A stretch of 64,000 nt of DNA from Ptychomitrium polyphyllum (Eukaryota). Numbering within the stretch: position 1 is the stretch's first letter; each line of letters starts with the position of its first letter. The stretch spans positions 682,001 through 746,000 of the forward strand of contig OZ316775.1 of assembly GCA_973851085.1 (NCBI GenBank), written 5' to 3'. Positions 51,914-64,000 of the stretch are shown here, piece after piece. Under the pieces are notes generated by a model, which was given only the letters and a program-made list of their open reading frames with translations, ran no database searches and had not been told where the DNA came from. Both the position numbers and the translations under genes were made by a program.

Positions 51914-52482
51914 TTCTATGATATAAAATGGTATGATTTATTTTCAAGGAGAATTTTAGAATAGTACAAAAATAAGGTTTTAAAACTTGGTTAGAAAAAT
52001 TGTCACAAACAATGTTACAGAGGTTTTTTTGCATAAATTTTGTTGAACATGAAATCATTTTTTAAAATAATAACTATGCTGTATAGAAATTTGTTGCAAA
52101 TAGTTGCAAAAATTTAGATTAGTTTAGGAAGCTCTTAAAAGTGAGAAAGAATATACATTATCAAATTCTTTACGATTATTTTCAACCAAATTCCATAAAA
52201 TCTATCTATTAAACAATCTTAGAAGAAAACCAAGATGTTAAAGTAATTTATTTATGTATTAGATTCCACAAAATAATTAGTAAAAATTTGAGAATTGCCT
52301 TCTTATATTTTATAATATAAAAGACAATTAAAAGAGAATAAATCTCAATATGCATGAAAAAATGGCATAACTACCAATATATTGTGGTATTAATTATTAT
52401 GAAGTTTTTTAATCATGTTCTATGAAAAGTTCATGATAAAGATATTTAAAACTCCTTTGATTAAAATTTTCATTTCATTTAA

Positions 52483-52531
52483 ATACATATAAATGTATAT
52501 ACATATATACATGTGTATTCATACACATATA

Positions 52532-52590
<59 letters not shown>
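52483..52590. repeat. Compound (ATAC)n/(AT)n microsatellite
   Basis: atacatacat acatacatac atacatacat atatatatat atatatatat atatat read directly. Confidence 0.95.
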
Positions 52591-52592
<2 letters not shown>

Positions 52593-55500
52593 TTATATGT
52601 ATTCAAATGAACAAAAAACATATATTATACTTTTGTAAATTATACTTATGTATATATATGTATAAAGTAACCTTGGTAGATTATTATTGAAATAAACTTG
52701 AAATCAATGATTTAACAAGTATAATATTTCCATAACAACTGCTTTATAAAACATATCTATACGTAATTCTAAAGTTTTTAATCATAACGTGCTTTCTTAT
52801 TATTACTATATTTTTTAAACCAAACACTTTAAATACTAACAATTTCCATATTAGAGGTTTATACAAGGTAAAATAATTAATGTTCATGGTTTGTTATTAA
52901 GGTTTTTTAATAATGCCAAAAATATCTTCTTTGCCATGGCCTAGAATTTTTTTAATATTGTTTAATTTTTAATATGTAAATGTATTTATACACATTTTTT
53001 TTAAATAATTTTATTCAAGCTTTGAAAATTTTTAATGAAATTGAAATAAATTATATTGAATTAAATTTGTTAAAATAGGTATTTAATGAAGTCTCCATTT
53101 TATTATAAGACTTTGTAGAATGTCATTTGAAATGTGGTTTGTATTTCTTGCGAGCTTTCATAGAAATATAAAAACATCTTTCGTCTACATTAACTCAAAA
53201 CAATAGAAACACCAAATTATCATTATGTATAAAACACCAAATATGTATTATAATCTTTGCATTGCTAAAGTTCAATGGATTTTTTTTTGATAATATGTGC
53301 CAATTAGGAATATGAATTTCCTTACAAGATTGACTTTATTTTTAAAACACTAAATTATAAATACTTAATAAATTAACAGTGTTAAAAAGAAAAGTTTGGC
53401 ATATAAGATAAACAATGTATTGATCAAGAATAATGAAATTTAAATTTGATTTAATTTGTAATTTGTTGCTACTCTGAAAAGACCATGTATTATTTCAAAA
53501 CTACTTATACTAACATTGAAAGATTACTCTGAAACGAATGATCACCACTGTATTTTAAACACTATTACTTGGAAATGGAACAACAAATTTCACCATAATC
53601 TCTCCCCCTCCATCCCATGCAACGACCCATGCACTGCGCCAACTAGGTTCGTGGATGCGCCACGTAGGACAGTCGCAAGGATGACATGGCCGCGAATGGC
53701 AATCTGTTTCCAATTCCAAAGCAGCAGAAGAAATGGCAACTCTTGAGTTCACACCCGAAACCGTCACCAAACCTAGAGCCGTCATCGTCTGTCCTCTACG
53801 TAGATTTCATTCAAAATTCTACTGAAATTGTAGAAAAAGTTATTTCTGGTGCAGAAAGTCACGGTTTTGGGAAAATGCTCGTATTACCTTTCCCGATCCC
53901 TTCCCCTTTCCCTTTCCCGCGCCTGCCTGTCCGCCTGTCATCCCATTATTCCCATTTCGCTGGGCGGGAACGCATGTTCAGCAGCCCTGGAAAAGGCCCT
54001 GGAAATGCGCAGCCCCGAATACCGAAACTTTTAAAGTTAATATAATGAACTAATGCAATAAAGGAGGACTCCGGTGCCCCGATGGACGCGCTGTGATTGG
54101 CCGGAAACCCCCCTGGGGAACAGTAGCAGTTAATTTTTTTAATTAATAGGTGATGGTAGATCGGCACAAAGGGAGGGGGATGATCTCATTGCATGGCTGT
54201 GATCGCAGTGCGAATGTCAGGCAGGCAGGCAAAGTGTCAGTTTTGCAGTCTGGGTGTCAGCTTTGCGCTTTCCAAGCTCTGGGTTTGCGCTCAGCCTGGT
54301 GCGTTGTCTTGCATAAACTTGCAGTGGGCGATGGAGGTTGACGAGACGGACTGCTCGCTGTTGAACCTCATGGAACCCATGCTGTGAAGATCACTTTGTT
54401 GTGGGAGCAGCAGGAGCTGGAGCTTCGTTGCTGTGGACTAGTGCACTAGCTACTAGGGCTGCTTGCTTGCTTTGCACACACAGGTGTGTCTGTTGGAGCT
54501 TGGAAGAAATCGTTCTATGTTTTGGCTAGTGTCATGGTTCCGTTTTGTGAAACCATGCTTGGAGAGTGGTTGACTTAGACTAGTTTCTGGTTTTGGTATT
54601 TGAGATGTGATCTAGCTGTTTTGCTGTTACTGACGAATGCGGTGGTGCTGGAACATATCGCAGGAAAGGTTGGAGTTTACGTGTTTCTTTGAGAAGGTTT
54701 GGCAACCCGAGGAGTTGGAAAATGTGAGGTGGGTTGATCTTTGTCTTGATGCTCGTTTCGGTGGTGATTCGGGTTGTTTGGGTTGTGGGTTGAAGATCAG
54801 GAGCGACTTGATTGAGTTTTTGTTGGTCAGCTCTAGGTGGGCCTGACAGCACGTAGGCTCAATTCTGAACGATTCTTACGGATTTTTGAAACTGAAAGGG
54901 TAAAGAGCATGAGAGATGCAGGATATTTGAAGCAGTGGCTGCAAGCTGAGTGTTTGTCAGGTTCTGAATTTTACTAGTGTAGCTAGCTGGATACCTTGAT
55001 GCTGTTCAGGGGACTACGGATGCTATTCGCGGGACTAAGGATGGCGTATTAGAGGAGGAGACAACCTTCTAGGAGCCTTCGCATGCGAATGTAACTTCAT
55101 CGCAAATCGTTCTGGTCTCTGTTTCAATAGCTAGCTTGAGACATGCCAGTTCGATAGTTTGTGACAATTGTGATGCCGGATCAAGACCATTTGTTTTCAC
55201 GTCTAAGATTTTGCTGTGGACCTAATCCTACGACACTGGTCGATGCGTACGTTAGCTGCAAATTGAAATCGAAGTTTCATTCTACAATCCCAGCTGCTGA
55301 TCTGGGGCAGACTTCCACACATTGTAGAATCTTTGCGCGAATGTACGAAAAGACGAACAGAAGCAACAGGTACGATTCAGGGTCATCTGGTGGGTCTGCA
55401 CTCCCTAGTTAATTAGTCGCGAGGTGTGTGGAGAGCACTCCACTGAGCTGGAGCTGGAATTATAGAGACTTCTGTAAGCTTGGCTGAACATCCTTAATTG

Positions 55501-57139
55501 TCGAGGGACGAGTATTCATTCTTCAATGAAGCTGGAGACGATTGTGCTAGAAGTTGCCGGCACGAGTGTGAGTCCACTGGCACTGCACACAACATGACCA
55601 GCTTTCGAGCTGGCAGATTGCCTTTGAGGATCCGGAGAGGAGTCCCTGAAGTCCTCCAGAGTTCACACTCAGCATGCAAGGCATTTGGGTTAGAATCTCG
55701 CCTGGTGTTCTTTGTTTGATCGCGGAGGCCAGGGATTTTTTTGCTCAAGGGAGCTGAGATCTTGCCATTTCGAGGCAGTAAGCATGCATGGGAAGTCGCA
55801 GCACCTGTTTTTGTAAGGTTGTTGCGCCTTTTGTCTTTTCTGGAAGACATTTTGGTTGCAGATGTACTATATTCAGTTCTGGAGGGTAACATCTTCTTCT
55901 GTTTAGTTTTGGTTATTTTCCTCCCCTTTTTCTGGGTATGAGGAGTTAGGGTCTCGCTTCGAACTTTGCAGCATCTGACGGAGGTACTCTGACGGAGGTA
56001 CTGACAGAGGCTTCTCGTGATTAGAAAGTTGCGAAATTCCTTCTGATTTGCCTGTGCATTTCACCGCTGGTTTTGCTAGTTGCTTAGCTCTTAAATGTCC
56101 ATTGTTTGCAATGTTGATTACAGTATTTTGAAGCACGAAGGATGACCTCTCACTGCATGCAATCTTTTGTTATGTCTTACAGCGTGTTCGTAGCAGTCGT
56201 TGACCCCATTACCTTCCGCTTGCGAGTGTGCATTGTACTGAACGATGCTTTGCTATTGCCATCAAACATTTGCAAGTCGTGGGAAACTTCCGGGATCAAT
56301 GGTTAAAAAACATTTCTAGGCTTTTCTACTTAAGGTGTGATGGGCTTGGAGAGCATTCCACTGAGATGGAGCTAGAATTTGATAGACAGCTTGCTCAACT
56401 TCCTGAAAAATCCGAGGGTGAACTTGAGCTGTGATTTGTGATAAGTCCGTCTTGAGATTTTTGCAGCAAATACTATCTGAAAATTTGATGTAACACAAGT
56501 TTAAACTGGTGTAACTTTGTGAGGATCGGAGAAACTAAGGGGAAAAGGCGATATGAGGCACAGTTCATCTTAATTTTGCTCTGACGTTTGTGGTTGTAAT
56601 GCTAAACAGGATTGAAGACATTGAAGTCGTCTCTTCTGTAGAGTAAAAATCGTCAACTCCCCAGAAAATCCCGTGGGTGTTAGTGTTAGGAGTAAAGCTG
56701 TTTCTACGGACAGACGAGCGAGCGCGAGAGCAAGTACTCTTTGCAAAATTGTTTTTTGTAGCTTTTCGTGGAATAGACTTAGTGGCGGACGCGCTAGCCG
56801 CTGCTCGCACACAAGGCAGCGAGGCTGCAAGTGAGGGCAGTTGTAGCCGAAGGAAGAGCTCTGGACCAACACTCTTACTTGATATTTCGTCTTTGTTTTG
56901 ACACCGACATATTACGAGTGAGTTACCTGGCCCGACATCACCTAACGTTTGGGATTACTTTTTCTTAAGTTAGAACATCTTTGGTTGAATAGTACTGTGT
57001 TTGATTAGCCTGAGATGGCAAAACAGAACCGAAAAGAGAAACTGTCAATAACATACTTGTTGCAGTGGACAGGCAGGTTCCGTTTGGAATCCTCTTGCAG
57101 GAATTAGGAGGAGAAAAGACTGGTCCTAGGAGTGGAGGC

Positions 57140-59691
57140 ATGGATGGCCTTGGACCAAGCCAAGGCTTACACACACCAATTTCATTACGCCCGCCATCTC
57201 CGATGCAGGCTCCGGAAATTGGTAATTCCCCGTTAGAAGGTGGATCATCGGTATCTCGTGCAGTTGCACCTGTGGCTCCAAGAATGGAGTTGAGTATTAG
57301 TGGAGCTCCTGGTCTAGGGAATGAACTGCCTCTGAAGAGAAAGAGGGGGAGACCGCGCAAGTACGCTACTGGTGATTTATCTCCAGCTACTGCATCAAGT
57401 GTAGGGAATACTGAATCTCTATTTTCTGCTCTTGCCAAGAAGATTGCAGCTCCGTATACACCTCCTCCGGACAAGTTGGAAAAGCGGGGAAGAGGTCGTC
57501 CGCTGGGCTCTACCAAAAAACAACAATTAGCCAATCTGGGTAAGAATCTAAGTCAATGATTAAAGGTATTTAAGTATTTAATTAGATTCTTTCTTAAATT
57601 GATGAACAATCTTCTCAGATTTCTCCCTATGGGATTGTTTCAATTTATTGTGGAGCATTTCAAATTGTGGTTCATCGATGTTCGCAAAATATTTTTCTCT
57701 ATGTCATATATAGACCTATATATTGTATTGCTGAAGTTTTTTTTAACTCTAGTCCAAGCTTTCACATGTTTATTATGTTAGATGGTTGTGATTTCTAACC
57801 TTTTGGTGTTTTTCCACTTTTCAGGGGTTGTGTTAGCAGGTACAGGCAAAAGCTTCACACCTCACATACTGACTGTGAACACTGGAGAGGTATGATTTCA
57901 GATGATACATGGATGGTCTTTGCCTAAATAAGTAAACCTGTTCTCAAATATGTAACTGTCGGTGAAGTTATGAACATCATCTGGGAAAGTATCATCTTGA
58001 ACCTTGTACCCAATGCGTGATCAGTCTTTTCCTTTGTTCGTTGCAGGATGTATCATCAAAGATCATGCAATTTGCACAACATGGTCCTCGTGCTATGTGT
58101 GTACTGTCCGCGAATGGCGCTGTTTCAAATGTCATGCTACGCCAGGAGTCGTCATCAGGAGGCACTGTCACTTATGAGGTAGTGGGAGGAGGCTCATTAT
58201 GAGAATACATCAGTCGATTAATACATTCTCATAATGAGCTGGTATCGGACATTCATTTTTCTACTTCTTTCCGTGCATTCGAGAATTCTTTACCTGTTTA
58301 CTTCTTTTATTAATCTGCATCTGTTAGCATGTAAACATAGATTCTAAACTGCTGAACCGCTTTCAAGTTGTAAAATTCGACAGTTCTCTATGTCCTGAGT
58401 GTGGTCAAGATTGTGTTGTATTTGAGGCGTTGTGAGAGGAACGATTTAGCAACTTTATAGCAGTTTACGCTTCTCTCAGATGCTGCTGCTTGCTTTCTCA
58501 GGGCCGCTACGAGATTCTTTCTTTGTCGGGTTCGTACCTTCCAACAGACGGGGAAAATGGTGCAAAGCAACGAACGGGAAGCATAAGTGTCTCCTTGGCA
58601 GGCAGTGATGGACGAGTTTTTGGTGGGGGGGTTGCTGGAATGCTAACGGCGGCTTCTCCTGTACAGGTGGTGTGCCTTCTACATCCTATTGATACATTGT
58701 CACTTAGTAAAGCATGCAAAGTGTTACATAGCTGTGCTGTTTCAAAATTGCTTTGCCACTAATGTCATATATTGATGAATCGAGTTAAATTTGGTTGTTG
58801 CAGCTGGTGGTTGGAAGTTTTCTCCTGGGATCATTAAAGCCAGATATTAAAGTTGATTCACCACTTCGTTTGACTCAAGGAGAAACATCTGGCTTTGCAA
58901 CGCCTCCTGTTGCTCAACAACAATCAGAACCAAAGAACGAACTTAGAGGAGGTTCAGGTATCGTTCATATCCCTCTAGATGTGCGTAGGGAGTGGTTGTG
59001 CACATCGTTGTCTTCAACTGCTTGTTATGGGTATTTTTGAAGCCACAGGAAAAGGAAATGCTCTCACTCTGTTTTTCTTAGAGGTGGAAAGTAAGCTGCA
59101 GAATGAGAGATTTTTTAATGAGCACTTTCTGGTTGCTACAGTAGTTTGTATGCCTGCATTGCCGTGTTTTAGGATACGAGAAATTGAAATCACTGGAAGG
59201 AATTGAAATGTTCACTAATTGATTAGACTGAATTGGAGATGAGCTCGAGATCATCCCCCAATTTTGGGAAGATATTTTGGTCCAAGGAAGTCTCGAGGTT
59301 AGTAGTTGGTAAGCTTCCATGCAAGGGTGACGTAGAAGTAAGCCTGCATGAACCATGCATTGACTGGTCCACTCAACTTACGAGGTGAAAGTAGTTGAAT
59401 TTGCTTTTGATTCTAGAGCTACCAGGATGTTTTGCATAAAGATCGCGAATCTGATCCTGTATATTTCTTCTTGATCTTGATCTAGTATTTACACCACCGA
59501 ATCTCAATGGTGCAGGTGCCAGATCTCAAAAGGGACCTCAGGCACCATCTGGTAGCGGCCAATCATCTGAACAAAGACCACAAGCTATTGGCGTGTTTCA
59601 ACCATCTGAGGGTTGGGGCATTGCACCACATGTTCCTTTCTTAGGGGACAATCGAAGAGCAGACATCAACATACCTTTGGCAGGTGGTTGA
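57140..59691 (+). CDS. AHL: AT-hook motif nuclear-localized protein (clade B: two AT-hooks plus PPC/DUF296), ~363 aa, 6 coding exons
   Basis: Exons 57140-57539, 57825-57889, 58047-58178, 58502-58666, 58804-58957, 59516-59691; 1092 nt in frame. Motifs KRKRGRPRKY, RGRGRPLGS, FTPHILTVNTGEDVSSKIM, VLSANGAVSNV, GRYEILSLSGS, GRVFGGGVAGMLTAASPVQLVVGSF and C-terminal DINIPL. Confidence 0.94.
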
Positions 59692-60436
59692 AGTCGATAA
59701 CAAGCGGCAATTTTTCTGCAATTTCCAAATTTGCTGCGAGGAGGCTATGGTCAGAAAAGGAAGTATTTCTGCTCTCATGACGCTCTTGTACTATTGTCTT
59801 ATTGGCCTCAATCTTTCAGAGCTGGAATCACTTCTTTCTGAAGTCCGTTCCTGTATCTATCTTTTTTGCAAAAGCAACAGACAAGGCAGTTGAAGATGAA
59901 GACAGCTTTAGAACAATATAGAGAGACATACTCCACTGTTTCCGGTGCGCATCGAATATTGATTAATTTATTCTTCTTATGCTGTTTAAATTGTCCTTGT
60001 ACCATAATCTGGGATTTCGTTTTTGGTAACAGCCTGTAAGAGTTCATTGGATATTTTGATGGTGATGAATCATCATCTTTACAAAATATAGAATAAAGAA
60101 TACTGAAATAGACTGCTCGTAAATCTTTCACCATTGTTCCTTGTGGAGAAAGTCCGAAGAACTTGTGCAACAACAGCTGGTTTGTTCAGTTTGTGTGGTT
60201 TCTAGTGACTCCTAAAACTGAGGCTACGTACGTAATGCTTTCCTTCGGAGATCCGCAGTGAGCATGAGTGATCCCAAGGTGATATACGGATCTGCTAGTG
60301 CATCCTCAAAGGTGTTTATCAGCATAGGACCTCAGGTTTGTAATAGCCCTTTAGTGCCCAGCTAACCACTATATGGTCACCAGGAGCACGTAAATGAGAA
60401 TAACACAAGATCCGCTCTGAACTACAGTATTCACGA

Positions 60437-60499
60437 GACATCACGGTATTCATCCCGTTCCTGTATCTAAACTACAGTAGGGCTGAATACCGTGATGTC
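60437..60499. repeat. Perfect 16-bp inverted repeat with a further paired inner stem
   Basis: GACATCACGGTATTCA-TCCC-GTTC-CTGTA-TCTAAAC-TACAG-TA-GGGC-TGAATACCGTGATGTC. Confidence 0.85.
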
Positions 60500-63400
60500 C
60501 CAAACAGTATCTTATAAAGATAGAAAGTATTTGTCATAACGTACAAAAGATTGGACACCAGTGGATGAGCCCTCTGAATAGAAGCACCGTGACAAATCAT
60601 TACTCTTGCAGTGACCAGATTTTCCTATTGGAGTTCCGTTCAAATTTAGCTGATTCAATCCACAGAATGGGAATGCTTTTTAGAAAGTGAAGATACATGT
60701 CTAATTTTGATTCTGAAAACGACCTCTGGAACGAAATTAGGTTGTACAGTAACCCACAATAAGTATCTGTCATTCACTAGTTTGTTGTAAAGAAAGCTAA
60801 GAGTGATCTCCTAACTTTGGCTGAATGGTGCCGCTAAATGCTTCCACCAATTGACGTGAAATTAGAACTTGCTATCTACACTCCAAGTGATAGCATCCCA
60901 AACCCTAGATTGTGTATTGATGTTGCAAATTTGTATGGATTTCATGCATATTTAAAAACAAATGAAAAGAATTGTTTGAAGGGCTCTAAAGCTTGGCAAA
61001 TGATATTGTTGTTCCTTGTGACAGTGCAGCAAGTGAATTCCAGTGCTGGAGAGTTCAAAGTTGAAGTGCAATTTGTCTGTACTATTGTTGTGAGGGTGGG
61101 AGTAGGATGACAGAGCTGCAATGGGAATGAATTTGTTGTTGAGGTAGGGAAGATTTGCTTTTGCAAGGCCATATTGTTGCATTCAAATTTCTTATTCTTG
61201 TCTAATGGTGATATTTGTAACTATAAAGGCCTGTGAGTATACCATAGGGGGAGAAGAAGAATTGTTGAAATGCATAGTTTTGGATTGTTTTAAGTAAAGA
61301 TTGAAAGGCCAATGAATTGACAAACAATTGTCTTTGACATTGTGCAAAGGATTGAGACTTGTGGCAATGTAGAAAACGTAGACATGTAGGCCACAAACAT
61401 TGACAATGCAAAATATTGAAGAATTAGATTGTTTTCTACCATTGATTGCTAGATTAATAGAACAAATGAGCGTATGCTTGCATGCTAAAACATTTAAAAA
61501 GGTTATACATAGTCTTTAATATCATAATTATATTGCCTCAAAAAAAACTATTTATTACTTCAAAGTATTAGGTAGAAAGTTTTGTATTTGTTAAGGCTTA
61601 CAAACATTGGTTGGTGTTTGATTAAAGCAACAAAATATAAATAGCCAAGTCTTTATTTAAAAATGAAAAGTTGTTGTAGCAAATGCAGGTATAATGACAA
61701 GTTTATAAATAATAATCTTGGAATTGCTTGGTGCTTACTTTCAAGTTTGATTGCACTTTTGTCATGATAAAGGCCGGTTTTATAAAATTTGGTAAATGCC
61801 TTCTTCTTATTATGCTTCCTAACTAATAATAACTTCATTTTTATTGATGTTGTGCATAAAAGTTGCTTGAACATCCTTTATTCTATAATGCGATATTAAT
61901 AAAATGTCACATGGCATATGATAGTTATTACAAATACCAAATGATGTTATTACAAATACCAATAAAGCCAATTTGAAAAGAATTCTTTATAAGGAAGATC
62001 TAAGAATATATTAATGATTCATTCTTTAAAAAAAAGAAAAAATTATTACATATAAATGTGATATTTTCATAAATATGATCTTATATGTATAATAATCTAC
62101 ATAATCCTATATTCATGGAGGATGGTACCTCAATATATTATAATTCAATATTGAAAGACAAAACGAATAAAGGAATAAATGGCATGGAATGATAAAGCTT
62201 ATGTGGCTTGCAAACTTGCCACATTTGAATATTAAAAGACATTTTTTGTGAGGAAATAGTGCTAAAGAAAAAAAAAAAACCAACTGAAATCTTTCAATAA
62301 GCATGAAAAGATATATTTATGAAGACTCTATATGTTTTCATTGCTAGCATGCCTTACTATACAATTGATGTTCTTACATTGAGTTAATAATGTGGACTAT
62401 TTTACAGATTACATAACATTTTAGCAATAGAGAGTCTTATTATTTGTAATCCACTATTATAATTATCACATATAATTTTTTATTAGATGAAAGAAAAAAT
62501 AAAGAAGGCTTAAGCCCCTTTGTACTAAGATGACTAGTTGTGTTTATCAAAAAATGTTAAAAAATCATGTTAGTCATAGTATCTAGAGTAAGTTGACTTT
62601 TCTTCATAAGTTATGACAACAAATTATATTTTGATGTCAATTGGCATACCATACGCATTATTTTTGATGCATTTTATAGCGCAAAATTTGCATCACAATA
62701 TAAAAGCAACACATAAGGCCTTTATAGGCATGATATTCTTCAATGAATCTTTTAAACAATACCTCTCAAAGAATCATTCCATTACCAAAAGATACACTCC
62801 ATTGTCAAAGTCTTCTTCTATTAGAAATTGAAGGAGTGTAAGTTTTAAACAATCAAACCATATTCATGCCTTCATGAATTCATTACCGCATACCTCACTA
62901 CATTTGTAGTTGATTCTTCACTTTCTAAGGTGAGAATGAGTTGCTTCAACTACTAAAAATATTATGAAAACTTTGCATCAATATGAATATGATATTTGTC
63001 ACTTGGAAAGTAAACCAAGATAATTTCTTCTTTTTTTCTAAATGCAAAGTACCTTTTCCATTGTTTGATTTCAAAACACTAATTATTATGAAGATAATAG
63101 TGAATATGCTTAGGTGTATCTCTAGTCATAATATGGCTTGATGGCACCCTGACATCTAGTAAGCTTGATGGTATAAAACAGTAAATATCACCAAATATTT
63201 GCAAACTGACATTCAATTCCATATGTTTTCCATACTTCTGTAATAACTGTACTATATCATTGACCTTACCTTAAATTGTGAATTTTATATTGACAGAACC
63301 TTCATTAGACTGCTGATTAGAAGCAGAATATTTTATGTACATCTTTGTATTCTTCAATTACTCTGACAACAGTAATCGTGGTTCGTAACCCGCTAAAGCA

Positions 63401-64000
63401 GTGTTCTTAAGCATATACTTAAAATCCCAGTCTACAAATCATTATGCAGTCCAGAGGAGGTTAAGATTCTAGGTTGCAAAAATCCTTGTAGTGGAAGATC
63501 ATGCTTGGCTAGTCAAGTTTAGAGCTGCAGTATAAGTAAACAACCGAAGACACAGGTTAAATGGCTGAATGTGAGACGGATATAGAGCCCACGGTCCGAG
63601 TGTTTTCCTTTTCACCTATTAGCCATTTGCTACACTCAAAAATATTGGTGGCTAATTTTAACGAAGGGCTTCTGAAAGAAAAGATGTCCAAATCCTCATG
63701 AAAAATTGAAGTTTGTACCTAAATTCTACCTAGGTATCATCCAAGGATCATTGTGGTGTTACAAGTATCACCTAGATATTGAGTAACATGAAAACTGTGG
63801 CTACTTATCAGAAACGAAAAAAAGATCACAGCACTGTTCCACCAGAGGTGAAAAAGCACCAAATTGGTCTCCAGTTGCAATTGAAGTCAAGCACTTCAAA
63901 GTGAAGTGAAGCCAAATGGAATTCTATGTTCCCAAAGGCAAATGTGCAGGGTGTGTTTAGAATGAGTGGAATGGTTGTTATGTTTCATTGTCTCCTTACA

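Noticed and set aside
52493..52690. 65-aa YIHT-repeat ORF
   Set aside because: Translation of a microsatellite.
56965..57534. 189-aa minus-strand ORF
   Set aside because: Antisense to AHL exon 1 with no independent evidence.

Overview
Eukaryotic nuclear DNA from a land plant. Gene content, short GT-AG introns and AT-rich degenerate-repeat spacers suggest a moss-like bryophyte (inference only). I reconstructed nine apparently intact genes by hand from splice sites and reading frames: a type-11/DUF248-like SAM methyltransferase, an intronless dirigent-like protein, an IQM calmodulin-binding protein, PsbP-domain protein PPD3, PRA1.A, a divergent AP2/ERF factor, PIG-L, TRAPPC2L and a clade-B AHL (AT-hook/PPC). 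The window also has a decayed multi-B3 (REM/VRN1-like) locus, an LTR-like remnant, a 20-bp telo-box minisatellite and several hairpins. Two signals stand out. First, a fully base-paired tRNA-like cloverleaf with a truncated anticodon arm, flanked by further hairpins, lies 169 nt downstream of the AP2/ERF stop codon on the same strand. Second, a ~600-bp head-to-head interval between PIG-L and TRAPPC2L carries an exact ERSE and a UPRE motif. All family assignments come from motif recognition; no database searches were run.
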